Part shown: positions 12,693 to 26,262 of the stretch, one piece after another | Layout: each line of letters opens with the position of its first letter | Numbering within the stretch: the first letter of the stretch is position 1 | Assembly: GCF_006345805.1 (NCBI RefSeq) | Contig: NC_042997.1 | Coordinates: 46,624,001-46,688,000 of the forward strand | DNA length: 64,000 nucleotides | Source: Octopus sinensis | Lineage: Eukaryota | Direction: 5' to 3' | Program-made: the position numbers and the translations under genes | Notes under the pieces: generated by a model | Databases searched by the model: none | Told to the model about the DNA's origin: nothing | The model's input: only the letters and a program-made list of their open reading frames with translations

Positions 12693-13305
12693 CTATAAGA
12701 AAGTTAACGATACCGCTTGCGCATTAAAGGTGTCATCCGAGCTGACAGCGGATTTATAGATAATACTAGTCGTATTTCCATCGCTTCGATGCCGGGTAAC
12801 GACCCAGTTAAGAGGAAATAGATCCTCCAGCTGAAGCATCTTACAATAATCTCAATGACACACACACATACTCTCTCTCGCTCTTTCTCTTTCTCTAACT
12901 CCCACTGTATTTCTCAGCAACAACTTTTTCTCCACCCCGCCATCTCCTGATTATTCCTGGTGACGGGGCTATCTCCCATTTTGAAGCCTCCTTCTTCCCT
13001 CAATCTACATAAGTGTTGTTACGGACAAGCAGACGGAGATCAGCTTCTCTTTTATAGTATAAGACTATAAAAACATATATGGAGAACATCCATATGATTT
13101 TCTCTGGATACGAGTTGCATTATTAAATGAGACAATATTTTCTCAGATAATTCTCGCATCTTCTGTTCATTCAGAAAAGGACAGAATTTGCAATATGTAT
13201 TTGATACGAATATGACGGAACAAGCGAAAAAATTATGACTTGAACGTAACCCTCAAATGTTTCTGGTATCCCTCTTCACTTCCGAAGTCAATTAGGACAA
13301 GATAT

Positions 13306-13354
<49 letters not shown>

Positions 13355-14028
13355 CAGGTGAGGTCAAGAGATTCTCAATATGGAAAACATGATGTAGTGC
13401 TCAAATGATTTGAACAAAGTCTTTATCGAGGACTGAGTCCACTGGGTAATCAGTGGTTATAAGAGGAATCCACGTGAGCTGATATGAAGATATCGATGCA
13501 AATAAGCACGCTCGGCTTTGACATATAAGATGTACGTACATATTTAAATACATGTAAATATATATAGGGATATATGTAGAGAGTAACAAAAGTTGAAAAT
13601 ATCCAGATGAAAACTTGTGTATAAGCTGATAAATATTAATATAGTTACAGAACAAACTTATATGGAGTACAGAAAATACAGAAAACTATGGGGAGGGGGC
13701 TTGGTATTTCAGCTCCTGTTTTTGCTGACTCAGAATTACATAATGTATGTAATGTTGGCAGATAGAGTGCGTAAAGCGGCAAGGATATGCAACCAATAGC
13801 GGATGCATATAAACATTACTATAAACCGGCATCCGTCTTTGAGGTGGAAAAATTGGCACCCAGCAAATCAGAGAGAATTTAAGGGCGGAATGGAGAAAAC
13901 GGCAAATAGAAGTTGGTGGAATGAGGATGGAAGTAGTTCAGGTGGAGAGCAGTGTTGAAACAGAGGAAGGACAAGGAGAAATAGAAGAGATAGCTCAGGG
14001 AGAGGGCGAGGTAGAGTGACCACGGGAT

Positions 14029-14029
<1 letters not shown>

Positions 14030-14082
<53 letters not shown>
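14030..14082. repeat. (TAG)n microsatellite
   Basis: Pure GTA/TAG trinucleotide run. Confidence 0.98.
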
Positions 14083-15552
14083 AAGTGAGTCGTGAGATAG
14101 GAAGAAAAAGATGCAATGGGTAGTAGTGTGAAGGATGGTGTCGTCGGGTGCGCTGACAACTGAGGCTGTTAATCAGGGATTCTGAACAACAATGCATATC
14201 AGATGTTATATGTTGGAGACTTCTATAGCCTAATGGATGTCAAAAACCATTCATCACTATTGATGCTATTAGCAGAGACACACATCATATAAAAGAGTTC
14301 TTACTAAACCTAATGAAGGTCGGAAATTGCTAGCATGACAGAGTAAACCTCTCAATTTCGACTGCTTGAGGAGAAAAACATAATTTTACAATGTAATATA
14401 TATATATATATATATATGTATTCAGATGCTCTTACTCGTAACATTACGTTTGCTTCGAGATCCACCATTCACAAAGAATTTTCAGGTGTTTTGGGAAGTT
14501 TATAGAATTCATATGACGTCAGCATTGTACAAAATATATTTCCTCTAGCCTCAATTATTGCAAACAAAGAATATTCTATTAGTCTACTGCATAGTAGTAT
14601 CGGAGGATATTATTTTAACCAGGATGTATACTAGGGGAAGCATATAATTGTTTGCATATCAGATGCTTGCAAAAATAAACATAGCAAAATTGAATGGACC
14701 ACTCGAATTACTGGTTACAGATAAGAGGAATATCTCCTTGAGATCACATTCTACCATATTAAGAGATAAGTCAAGCATTAGGTAAGGGATAGAATAGGAT
14801 CAATTCAACCAGGGATCTCCTATTCTTGATAATTATCAAGTAAACAACATTTACTTCATGCACATCATTTGAAGATTATTTTCTGATTTCATCCTTGCAC
14901 AGACAGTAATTGATTCAATAATATTTGTACTTCGTAAGACTAGTGTTTCTATTTCTATATGTTTGCCAATTACTCTTAGAAAGAACAACATTACTAATAT
15001 TTGCAGGAGATAAGTGCAACAGATAGATTTCATAATCTGTCAAAAGAGAAAAATTTTGAAAATATACTTTGTAAGTCTTCTTTACTAATAAAAGGTAAAT
15101 AAGTAAAACTTGTCTGTTTTAAGTAACATGAGTCTCGTCTGAAATTAATTAAGGACAGTCTCCCCACCACCCTTACATACACGTATAAACTCTCATGTAT
15201 AATTACATATAAAATATAGTTAGATAACAATCACAAAAATAAGATTATTATAAGTCAACAAGAAAACAAAGGAATAAATATTAAAAGGAGAAAGATTAAT
15301 GAAAGCACAAAGCTGAAAATTGTGTAGAAATACAAGGCAAAAACACAATTGAAGAAATGTACAATGATGATAAAATTGCAAGAAAAAGTTACGGAGGGGA
15401 ATCTTACGTTTAGGTGTTAACTTTTGTGAAATAGACACAAAAAAATATCAAGATTAGCTAGAGAAACAAACAATATTTGATAACGATACCGAATATAAGA
15501 TGTCTGCTTAGATGGCAGACAAACGCAACAAATAAATATTTGCGCAGCACGT

Positions 15553-15597
<45 letters not shown>

Positions 15598-15643
15598 AAA
15601 CAAGTAAAAAATAGAAAATGCTAAAATAATTTTATAGTGAACA

Positions 15644-15687
15644 TTTCAGTACCGGTTTCGGTCATTTTGAGACCTTTTCAACTGTAA
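15644..15687 (-). ncRNA. Type-I hammerhead ribozyme motif, U3-A8 core variant, in the PLE 3' terminus
   Basis: Minus strand: TTACAG | TTGAAAA | GGTC-TCAAAAT-GACC | GAAA | CCGGT | A | CTGAAA. Stem III is the palindrome ACCGGT and the triplet is GUA. Same strand as the PLE ORF. Confidence 0.75.
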
Positions 15688-16033
15688 CGATTAAATAATT
15701 GAATTTAGAAAAATTAGAAGTAAAGTTTTTTTAAAAGAATATTTCTATAGTAGTGTTCAGATTTAAGTGGCATTCTGCCTTTCTCTGACTCCCTTGTTTG
15801 CACTTGTGTGTTCGAGGTAGTTGTGAGTTCTTGGTAGGGTAGTAGAGGGAAGGCTGGTGAGGAAAGGGGGGTGGGAGAATCTGGGAGTGCCCTGATGGTC
15901 GTATTTTGAATGGTCAGTGGCGGCTGGCAGTCTCAGTTCAATTCAGGAGAATATTTATATTGACAGGCTTGTTTATAGGATTAGCGTAGGTGTTATACTA
16001 AAAAACATTAGTGACAAACATAAGGGGTAGGGG

Positions 16034-16285
16034 GTGGAGAAGAAGAAGAAGAAGAAGAAGAAGAAGAAGAAGGAGAAGGAGAAGGAGAAGATGACGATGA
16101 TGGTGATGGTGATTATGACGACGATGATGATGATAACGATGATGATGAAGAAGAAGGAGGAGAAGGAGAAGATGGTGGTGATGATGGTGGCGATGATGAT
16201 GATGCCGATGATGATGATAACGATGATGATGAAGAAGAAGAGGAGAAGAAGAAGAAGAAGAAAAAACAGAGAAGGGAGAATATGA
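16034..16285. repeat. Compound (GAA)/(GAT) trinucleotide tract inside the PLE 3' region
   Basis: Mosaic of GAA, GAG and GAT repeats. Confidence 0.95.
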
Positions 16286-18847
16286 ATGGGTGTAAATATA
16301 GCTATGAAGGGGCTGATTAGTAATGGATTCTATGGAGTGTAGTATTTGGGTGTGTATATATATTTTTTTTCTTTTCTAAAGTTGAGGTATATTAATTGTT
16401 TGTCGTAGACCCGTTAAGAAGTGGCTTGTATTTTGTAATAAAGAGATTTTCTTTACTTATTCGTTGTCTCGAGGTTGTATCGTCCCTAAATTGGTAGAGG
16501 GGGAAAATTCTGAAGTTTGGTGTTTTTTTTGTTGGCGCAAGTATCTATGTGTTGGCTAAAAGCTATTTTTCTGTTTTGGGGAATTTTTATCTGGGATCTG
16601 TGCAGGGCCATTCGTTTACGCAAACCATTTTTTGTTTGGCCTATGTACTGCTCTTGACACCCGGAGCAGGTTAGTGAGTATATTAGGTTCTCCGAAGCAC
16701 ATGTGAAGTTGCTTTTCACTGTAAAACGTTGTCCCTGTTTGAAGGAGAACTCAGAACCTCGATTAGATAGTCGCATATCCCGCAATTGGGTCTTCCACAT
16801 TTTTTTACTGTCGCTTCTGTGTTGAAGAGTGAATTCGGGCTTGTGTAAGGAGACTTTTCATGGATCTAGGCTGTCTTTTGCTTTTTATGATCGTGTGTGT
16901 TTGGAGGATTGTGTTCATTCTGTGGTCTTTTTTTAGGAGGGGTATGTTGTGGAGGATGGTGTCGAAGGCTTCGTTATTGAGAGGGTTGTGTGTGGAGATG
17001 TATGGTAAGGCTTTTGTTGTAAGTTTTTCTTTGATTTGGGATGTCTCAGTTCCTTGATGTTAAGTTGAAGGGCACGTTGAATGCATTTGTCAATAAGTGA
17101 AGGTGGATAGTTCCTGGTGATTAGGGTATCTTTTAGTTCTTGTAGTCGTGTGTCTCTGGTGTTTGCGTTAGAGACTATAGTGCATATCCTTTTTGCTAGA
17201 TTGAAGGGGATATTCATCCTGGTGTGTCTGGGGTGGCATGAATTGAATGGAAGATATTGCTTAGATCTGTAGGCTTATAGTATATGTCTGTTTCTATTAT
17301 ATTATTAGCTTCTTAATGAGGATATCGAGGAAGGGGAGTTGTTGTTGGCTATATTCCATCGTGAATTGGATGTTTACGTCCAGTCCGTTTAAAATTTTCT
17401 GGAATTCTATGAGTTTTTCTATATTTTTATGCCAAAGGATGAAACAGTCATCTAGATATCTCTTCCAGTTGTTTTCTATGTAGATGGAGAAAGGGCTGCC
17501 ATATCTTTCTAGAACCTTACGATACAGACTGATCTCTAGGTATCCTATGACTAGGTTGGCAAAGGAGGGGGCCATTCGTGTACCCATCGCATCTCCCGAT
17601 TTTTGTCGTAGAGTAGAAGTTGTCATTGAAGGCGAAGAAGTTATTTTCCAGGATGAATTTAACCCCTTCTATCACAAATTCTTTTTTGATGCGTGTGTGT
17701 GGTAGTTCGTTGGCGTGATTCTCTAGCCAGAATTGGATTGCCTCTAGTCCTAGTTGTGGGGGATATTGGAGTAGAGGTTGACTACATCGAAGGATACCAG
17801 TATGGTGTTTTGTTTATAGTATTCGGTAGGTGATTGAGCATATCTAAGTCGTCCCTTTATAGCTTTTGACATGTTTGAGGAGTGGTTTTAACAGGGTGTC
17901 TAAAAAGTTACTGAGGCGGTGGGTTTCGCATGCGAGACCTGCTATTATGGGTCTCAATTTGAGGTCATTAGGATTAGGGACTTTAATTATTTTGTCTGTA
18001 GCTATCTTGCATGCGTTGCTTATTTTTTCACTTTTGTGGATCTTAGGTATACCGTAGAATTGGCAGTTTTACTTGTGAAATGGTCATATAATCATATTCT
18101 TTGTCGGTTAGCCCTGCTTTGTATGGGTTTAATATGGATTTTAGTCCCTCATTATTTTTTGTTGACTGTAGTTTTGTGCCTTTTCATAGTATGTTGTGTC
18201 TTCCAGCATAGAAAGTAGCAAAGTTATGTAAAATGTCGTATCCATTAAGACAACAGCACTCCCTTTATCGGCCTCTTTGATTGTTATTGTTTTATCTAGT
18301 TTTAATTTGTTCAACTCAGCCCATTCTTTTTTGCTGAAGTTTGGTTTGTGTTTTTGTTGTGGCATATGTTGATATGGGTAATTTGATATGTGGTCACAGA
18401 AATCATCAAGTGTTTTATTCTTACCTTTCGAGGGGGTGTAGTTACTCCTATTTCTGGCTAACGATTCGTCCTCGTTGTATTTATCGTATAGCTCCTCAGT
18501 AAGTCTTAATTTTCTGCAGAATTCTGCGATGTCTTCTTTCATTTCATTGTAGTTGGGGTGTTGTGGGGTGGGTGTAAACTTGAGTCCTTTGGAAAGTATG
18601 TTTATTTGGTTTGCTGTTAGTTCCTTGTGAGTTAGATTAATAATTTTTATTACTTTTGGTTCCTCCTGCTTGTTTGGTGCTATCTTGTGTCTCCGTGTTT
18701 GCGTATTGGGTCTAAAAAATGAATGCGGTGGTGGTTGGGACGGTAGCTAGTATATAGTTGTTCTTTGTTGATTAGGGGTCTCCTGTTGTGTTGTGATTTA
18801 TGTGTGTGTGTTCTTGGAATATATATAATGTGTGTGTGTATTTATAT

Positions 18848-18913
<66 letters not shown>

Positions 18914-18915
18914 TA

Positions 18916-19297
18916 AAACAGCTAGTTTTAAATCTCTGAGTGAGATCTAAGTGCTAACTATATTGCATAGTAAAATCTATTTGCCAACGTAAGGTGGCAG
19001 TCCTGCATAGGGTCATATTGCTAACTTTTGAAATTAGGAAAATATATTTTTCAGCTGACTATCGCCACACAATCTGTATCTGAAATTTGCTGTGAGCAAG
19101 GGAACAACACTCTCTCCTAGCCACTAGCAGTACCTACAGACCAATGGTTTCTGGGTAATTTCCCGTCCTCGGTGCTGGACAACCACCGGCTAGAGAGAGC
19201 AGATTACTCAACTCTTCTCACAGTATATAAATATAGAAGTGACAGACAGTCACTGATCTCGTGATGATCTCATTCAGAGATTTAAAACTAGCTGTTC
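18916..19297. mobile_element. MITE with 32-bp TIRs and TA target-site duplication (Tc1/mariner-like)
   Basis: TA|AAACAGCTAGTTTTAAATCTCTGAGTGAGATC ... GATCTCATTCAGAGATTTAAAACTAGCTGTTC|TA. Two mismatches between the TIRs and no coding capacity. Confidence 0.8.
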
Positions 19298-19469
19298 TAC
19301 ACATTTGATGTTATCTTTCTCTTATTTCTGTTATTTGACTGCGATCATGCTAGGCAACGCCTTGAAGGGGTTTTAGTCAAGCAAGTCGACCCCAAGACTA
19401 GTTTGTCAAGCGGTGGTGGAAGACAAAAGTAGACAAAGAAACATAGATATATACATAGAAACACATAGA

Positions 19470-20310
19470 TATATACATAGAAACACATATAAATATTATA
19501 CAAAAACAAGACGAAGACAGGTGGTGTAGAAAACAAAGATGTATTAGTATAACGCTCGGGAATTGAAAAAGTCTTTTACGTTTCGAGCCTACACTCTTCC
19601 ACAGAAAGTAAGAAACAAAGAGAGAAAAAAATGTGTGTAGTGGCTACCGATCTATCATGGCGGCTGCTAGACAGAAGGGTCACACACGAGAGCGAAGAAG
19701 TAGGGGCGATAACAAAGTAATAGTGATCCCAAAACGAAGGTGCGCGTGCGTAAGGATTACATAGGTGCGTGTGAAAGAGGGCTGGTGGTCTTGTTGTGAA
19801 CGCGTGTATATGTATAGGTGTGCAAATATGGGGATGGGAATTGGCCAGTGATGGTGTGTAGGTGGTGGTGTGTTGTGATGTGATGTGTTGTGTGGTATGG
19901 TGTAGTGTGGTGTGGTGTGATGCTGTTGGGAGGTGGAGGGCGAGAGTGGGGAAAGCACGAATGGGGATTTAGTTAGGCTGAGGATTGGGGTAGGGTTGGG
20001 TGTGTGGGTAGACAGAGGGTGGGGGTAGAGGTGGGAGTTGTAGGTAGGTAGGCAGAGGGTGGAGGTAGAGGTGGGGTATGTGAGAGAGTGTGTAAGGGAA
20101 GGGATGGGGTGGGATGGGAAGGATAGAGAAGGTGGAGTAGGAACGTGTAGGGGTGGGGTAGGCTTATGGGGTAGGGTTGGTGATGAGGGAGAAGGGGAAG
20201 GTGGGTATGAGAGAAGAGAGAGAGAGGAAGAGAGAAAGAGAGAAAGAAAGTAGGGGTGAAGAGAAGTAAGAGTCGGAGCAAGAGAGAAAAGGTGGACGGT
20301 AAATATGCAT
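19470..20310 (-). mobile_element. PLE-type terminal repeat (A6U HHR family) with upstream low-complexity purine-rich segment
   Basis: About 200 bp homologous to 49080-49290, 50780-51000 and 56630-56800. HHR-like motif at 19571-19608. Confidence 0.65.
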
Positions 20311-21314
20311 GTATGTACCTATGTATGTAAATATGTATGTTTGATTCAACTCCTTTGGTACAATACGATTCAAAGCGTGAAGCTGATGCTCAGCTATTGG
20401 AAATTTCCAATGGCTGACGATTAGCATCAAGCTTTGAAACTTGAAGTACCAAGGAATTTGAATCAAACAGATTTGATCCTTTCATACATACATACATACA
20501 TACATGCATGCATACATACATACATACATACATGCATACATACATACATACATACATACATACATACATACATACATACATACATACATACATGCATACA
20601 TACATATCTATGCATATGTAAATAAATATATATGTTTATATATATTCATATGCATACAGTCGCACCTAAAAGAACAAAAGGGAGCGCGCATGTAGATTGT
20701 AGAGAAAACGGTAACCGTATCTACATAAAGAACTAACAAACAAGCCGAACATGCACTGGTAAAGAAAAAAAATATTCATAATGATAAATAGAAGAAATAA
20801 ATAAAACCCTTAAAATGCTCCCAGAATGAAATCTTAAACAGGTAAGAGACTTTCTATCAATCACATTCTTGTTCACCACTGTTAAAGCAGAAGAAATAAA
20901 AATTATCGATCGTTTTCTGTATAATGTAATCTCAATTTCAAGTTACTTCGGGCTTTTAATGCTCCACAATCTTTCACATTTTTTCTCCCCACCATTTAAA
21001 AAAGGAAAATAAAAACAAAAGAAAAAGAAAAGTAAAGTCGATCGTTTATATAGTTCCTAAATGTTTTAAATGAGCATGGAGCCCCATCTTATGTTACGGT
21101 GAATTCATAATTTCCAAATTAAAATGAAATAAATTAAAATTTATCTGCACCTACTCCCGAACAAAGAAACAAAAAAAAAAGATGAATTATATAGAAGCAT
21201 AATAAAATAATTATATATATAAAGAAAAATTGTCTCCTTCAGCGATTCTCTCCACTAGAGGTAAAATTTTCCACTATCGTTATTTCTTCGCAAACCATAT
21301 ATATATATTATTAT

Positions 21315-21351
<37 letters not shown>

Positions 21352-21357
21352 ATAGTA

Positions 21358-21397
<40 letters not shown>

Positions 21398-21506
21398 CAG
21401 GGGTTGGACAAAATAATGGAAACACTTTTAAATTTCAAACAAATTAATATTACATTATTTACATTATTTACATTTGACGGATATTTGTCCTCGTCTTGTT
21501 TGTTGT

Positions 21507-21552
21507 AACACAACGTTTCGGCTGATATACCTTCCACACTTCATCAGGTGTC
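21507..21552 (-). ncRNA. Type-I hammerhead motif, canonical core, decayed stem II
   Basis: Minus strand: GACAC | CTGATGA A | GTGTGGAAGGTATATCAGCC | GAAA | CGT | T | GTGTT. Confidence 0.6.
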
Positions 21553-21811
21553 TTGGGGAAATTTCGAACGTGTGTTCTCATCCCTAAGGTATTTTCGATG
21601 TTATGTACACACACACACACATATATATATGTTTCCATGTATATATATATATATATATATTTATATATAATATTAAATTAGAGGTAAAACCACTATTAGG
21701 CAAATCAAACAGTGAAAAACATAAGCCAATACATAAAATTAATTTAATTCATATTATTTTAAATATATATCAAAAGTATTAAAAGTTTAATATATATATA
21801 TATATATAACT

Positions 21812-22130
21812 TTACAAAATAAGGGCAAAAGAAAAATTCTATTGCCAAATATGCCGAAAAAAAGACAAAATTGTCAATAACCATTATAATTTATGCGTCT
21901 CGAAACAAACCGATAGAAATTTCTAAAAAAAACGTTATTACCGTATTGGTCCCAATTTCGGGGTTAATTCATAAGAATTATCCCCTCTTCAGCGATAAAT
22001 ACGTGAGATATAAGTGAAATACTTACTCAAACCCACGGAAAAAGCAATTATAATGGTTATTGACAATTTTGTCTTTATTTTTGGGCATATTTGGCAATAG
22101 AATTTTTCTTTTGCCTTTATTTTGTAAATT
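21812..22130. mobile_element. Small non-autonomous PLE/retrozyme-like element with ~80-bp inverted arms enclosing a HHR
   Basis: Arms ~21812-21890 and ~22045-22128 are reverse complements. HHR lies in the spacer. Abuts (TA)n. Confidence 0.8.
21933..22003 (-). ncRNA. Type-I hammerhead ribozyme, canonical core
   Basis: Minus strand: CGTATTTATCG | CTGAAGA | GGGGATAATTC-TTAT-GAATTAACCCC | GAAA | TTGG-GA-CCAAT | A | CGGTAATAACG. Stem I has 9 of 11 pairs and stem II has 10 of 11 pairs. Confidence 0.88.
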
Positions 22131-22218
22131 ATTTTAAAATTTGACGTTTAAAGGTATTCTTTGATATGCTGGCCATTGACAAAATTGTTTTCCCGAAAAA
22201 ATTTTTATCGTACATTAG

Positions 22219-22266
<48 letters not shown>

Positions 22267-22293
22267 GTGTATATATGTATATATATATATATT

Positions 22294-23165
22294 ATAAGAG
22301 TAAATAATAGCTTTAATGGTTTAAATAATAAAAAACCAACAATTATTTACTCGTAGATTTCGGAATGTAAATATAACCATTAACTCTAGGAACTTCTATA
22401 AAGTTCAGTATATATATATGTTATATAAATAAAAGAGGCAGGCAACCGGTTGCTTAGTCACATACCGAAAAAATTAGAAATAGCAGTCAAAGACCGTTTA
22501 TTTCTATTTTCTACAAATGAGACTCCACATACGACATATCCCTATAATTCACATATGCAAGACAGAAGGAAGAAATAAGGAAAACAAAGTCTAACGGTCA
22601 TTTACGAACGCGTTACTAGATTAGGAATATAATAAAATATAAATTCCATGTCTTTCATGAGCGTAAACCTCCACTAAAATAGATTTATCAAATGCTACGT
22701 ACCTCCACTTCCCGATCAGGCGACATCGAAATAGTGGAAGAAAGCAAGCATAGGCTAAACCTATATAGACGATTGAATTCGTAAATTTTCCCTCCAAAAT
22801 TTTCCCATGCGTATTACAAAAATAGTTCCTTAGAGATAGAAACTATGGGTTGTCGTAAGGGAGTAAAAATTCCAATTAGTAATATAATAAGAGTAAATAA
22901 TACCTTTAATGTTTAAAAAAAAAACCAACAATTATTTCCTGGTAGATTTCGGGATGTAAATATAACTATTAACGGTAGGAACTTCTATAAAAGTTCAATA
23001 TATATTTTGTATATAAATAAAAGAGGCAGGCAACAGGCTGCTTAGCCGCATACCGAAAACATTAGAAATAGCAGTCAGAGACTGTTTATTTCAATTTTCT
23101 ACAAATGAGACTCCATGCCTAAGCAACATGTTACCTGCCTCTTTTATTTATAACAATATATATAT
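22294..23165. repeat. Partial tandem duplication (~230 bp) plus a short inverted terminal copy
   Basis: 22294-22527 is similar to ~22886-23115. 23120-23165 is the reverse complement of the TATAAATAAAAGAGGCAGGCAAC..GCTTA segment. Flanked by (TA)n. Confidence 0.8.
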
Positions 23166-23169
23166 ATAG

Positions 23170-23200
<31 letters not shown>

Positions 23201-23235
23201 TGTATATATATATATATTGTATATATATATATATA

Positions 23236-23308
<73 letters not shown>

Positions 23309-23574
23309 GGTGTGTGCTAGTGTTCCATTCTAGAATTGAACGCTAGCACACACCACAACATATGACGGTAGAAGATCCCGAAAACATAATAAATACACAG
23401 ATAAATAAACAAATATAAATAAATAACTATATAAGTTTTTTTCTTTTTTCTTTATTCTTATTATTACTAGTATTGTTGTTATACATACATACAAGTATAC
23501 GTAATGATAATAATAAGTGGATGTAAACACATGAACAAAATAAGAATAAACAAAACAACAACAACAAAAACAAA

Positions 23575-23865
23575 TTTTATGAACGGATTTGGTAGACGGA
23601 AACTGAAAGAAGCCTGTCATATATATGTATATATATGTGTGTATGTGTTTGTGTGTCTGTGTTTGTACCCCTAGCATTGCTTGACAACCGATGCTGGTGT
23701 GTTTACGTCCCCGTCACTTAGCGGTTCGGCAAAAAAGAGACCGATAGAATAAGTACTGGGCTTACAAAGAATAAGTCCCGGGGTCGATTTGCTCGACTCA
23801 AGGCGGTGCTCCAGCATGGCCGCAGTCAAAATGACTGAAACAAGTAAAAGAAAAGAATAAAAGTA
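23575..23865 (+). mobile_element. SINE, head-truncated, with intact 3' tail
   Basis: GGATTTGGTAGACGGAAACTGAAAGAAGCC...GGCGGTGCTCCAGCATGGCCGCAGTCAAAATGACTGAAACAAGTAAAAG. Confidence 0.92.
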
Positions 23866-25203
23866 TATAAGCAGAAGATACAAATATTACAGGCATCCCC
23901 CCACACACTAAATAAACACAGACGCACATAGAAATATAAGCATGCGCAAATGAAGACATACAACAGAAATACAAAATGGCTGACGGTTAGTAAGGAGAGA
24001 CACAAATAAGAAAGAAGAAAACAAAGTACCACTGATGCGGTCACAGGAGTGTGACGAAAGAACTCTGGCCGAAATAAGATTAAGATTAATGTAAAAAATA
24101 AATAACACCGAAGCAAAATAACACCAAATATATAGTGCGTGTGTTTTTATTGGCTAAACTGGCAAAATGACCATTCCGAAATATAACAATATCTGTTTCA
24201 ACACACGACTTCACATAAAAAATCTTGCACAGCAAATATATAAACGTATGTATATATATACATACATAAGTATATATGTATACATACACATGTATATATG
24301 TATACATACACACACACAGACAAACAAACACACGGACATGATACATGATAGTACAGTGTCACAAAAACAAAAAAAAAGAACAGGCATATAGACGCAAGAG
24401 GTACATGAGAACAGAATGTATTTGATAACATATCGGTCGACACCACAAAGTAAAAAAGAAAATAACTAAAATGAAAGACATTATCAAAGTGGACCTCTCG
24501 GAGGGTTACGATAGGGAGACGAGATGGATTTTGATGGAAAAAGATAAGTCTAGACAGTTAAAAGAGGCTTTCCCATCAGATATAAACCCACTTGGGCCCG
24601 AGGAGAAATTTCAAACCCAGTGCTCCAGTGGTGAACGATGAGGAAATTAAAAAAAACTACATAAAACGGTAAGTAGAGTTTTAAAAGAACTGTTGGGATA
24701 ATTTTGAAAAGAACTTTTGAAAATTGTTGAAATAATTTTTAAAGAACTCTTGAAATAATTGAAATAACGCAACCACCCCGGATTGGGCTGGGGTGACCGT
24801 TCCATCTTTATTGTACAATTTCACTATTCCATTCTTTCATGCGTTGATTGTCCCCGCATGTGTGTATTGTCCCATCTGTGTTTGCATACCTCTGTTCATC
24901 ATTTTGACATGCTCTGGCTTTTGTAGTGCCCTATCTGTTCGTTTCTTGGTATGCTTCCCTTTTTGAAGCTGTGTTTCTTTCCCTGGACAAATACATTCTT
25001 TTGACTGACACATACACACACATACATATATAGATATATACATATATACGACAGGCTTCTTTCAGTTTCAGTCTACCAAATCCAATCACAAGGCTTTGAT
25101 CGGCCCGAAGCTATAGTGGAAGACACTTGCCCAAGGTACCACATTATGTTAAAAAACTGAACTTAATCTTAATCATATATAATCTTATAAATACATATGG
25201 TTG

Positions 25204-25249
<46 letters not shown>

Positions 25250-25275
25250 GCACACACACACACACACACACACAC

Positions 25276-25334
<59 letters not shown>

Positions 25335-25479
25335 CATACGCACACATGCACACATTCACACACATATGTGTGTTTATGAGTGTGTATGTATGTATGTATA
25401 TATATATATATATATGGGGTACTTAATTGTGCTCATGACTTTGTGTTTGCTTCTTCCATGGGTATGAGTAAGTATCTCA

Positions 25480-25700
25480 TTTATTTCTTTTGCCACATGT
25501 ATCACTGACGAAGGGAGGGCTGTTATGAGCTAACCCTGAAATCGGTCCGATATGGTAATAATGGAATTTTTTAGAAATTTCTGTCGACCTTTTTTCGAGT
25601 AGCGTGCGAATTGTGAAAATATTAATGGTTAATGGACAATATGTCCAATTTTTCGGCATATTTGGTATTAGAAATTATTTCTTTTTTTCCTTATTTATGA
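25480..25700 (+). mobile_element. HHR-containing small element, same family as 21812-22130, followed by (TA)n
   Basis: HHR at 25500-25557: TATCA | CTGACGA | AGGG...CCCT | GAAA | TCGG-T-CCGAT | A | TGGTA. The downstream TTTTTTAGAAATTTCT...TTTTCGGCATATTTGG is homologous to the 21.9-kb copy. Confidence 0.8.
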
Positions 25701-25776
<76 letters not shown>

Positions 25777-26159
25777 CGTATATAACATGAATATACATAT
25801 TTATATACGAGAGTGTGTATGTGTGCATATTACATATCTATTACATGCGAAATTTGTATACATACAAATATATGTATATCGTCTCTCTATATATTAGGTA
25901 CATATATCTTACATAAATATATGCATTATGGGAATATATATATATACATATACATGCATTCATATGTGTATGGGCGTGCATCCGGAAAACAGTACTGGTT
26001 ACTTTTGCAGAGGAAGGTTTGTGTTTTCAATCGCAGAAATACGATACATCGAGGAAGGCTCGGTAAACCGAAGCTATTGGAAGATATATGTAAAGTAGGA
26101 AACATTAACCTTGCGTTAATGTTTTTTTCTCGCGATAATCATGATGAGCATGATGATAC

Positions 26160-26207
26160 AGTCATCGGCACCGCTATCGCTTACACCTCTACTAACATCA
26201 TCATCAC

Positions 26208-26262
<55 letters not shown>

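Larger units (their letters stand above)
15600..18780 (-). mobile_element. Penelope-like element (Neptune-type), near-complete RT plus C-terminal GIY-YIG, degenerate
   Basis: N-terminal LSKGLKFTPTP and MKEDIAEFCRKLRL, then IKEADKGSAVVLMD. RT motifs AMGTRMAPSFANL, RYLDDCF and LPFLDILI. Thumb NIPFNLAKRICTIVS. Endonuclease FTCASENLIYSLTCSGCQEQYIGQT. HHR at the 3' end. Confidence 0.92.
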
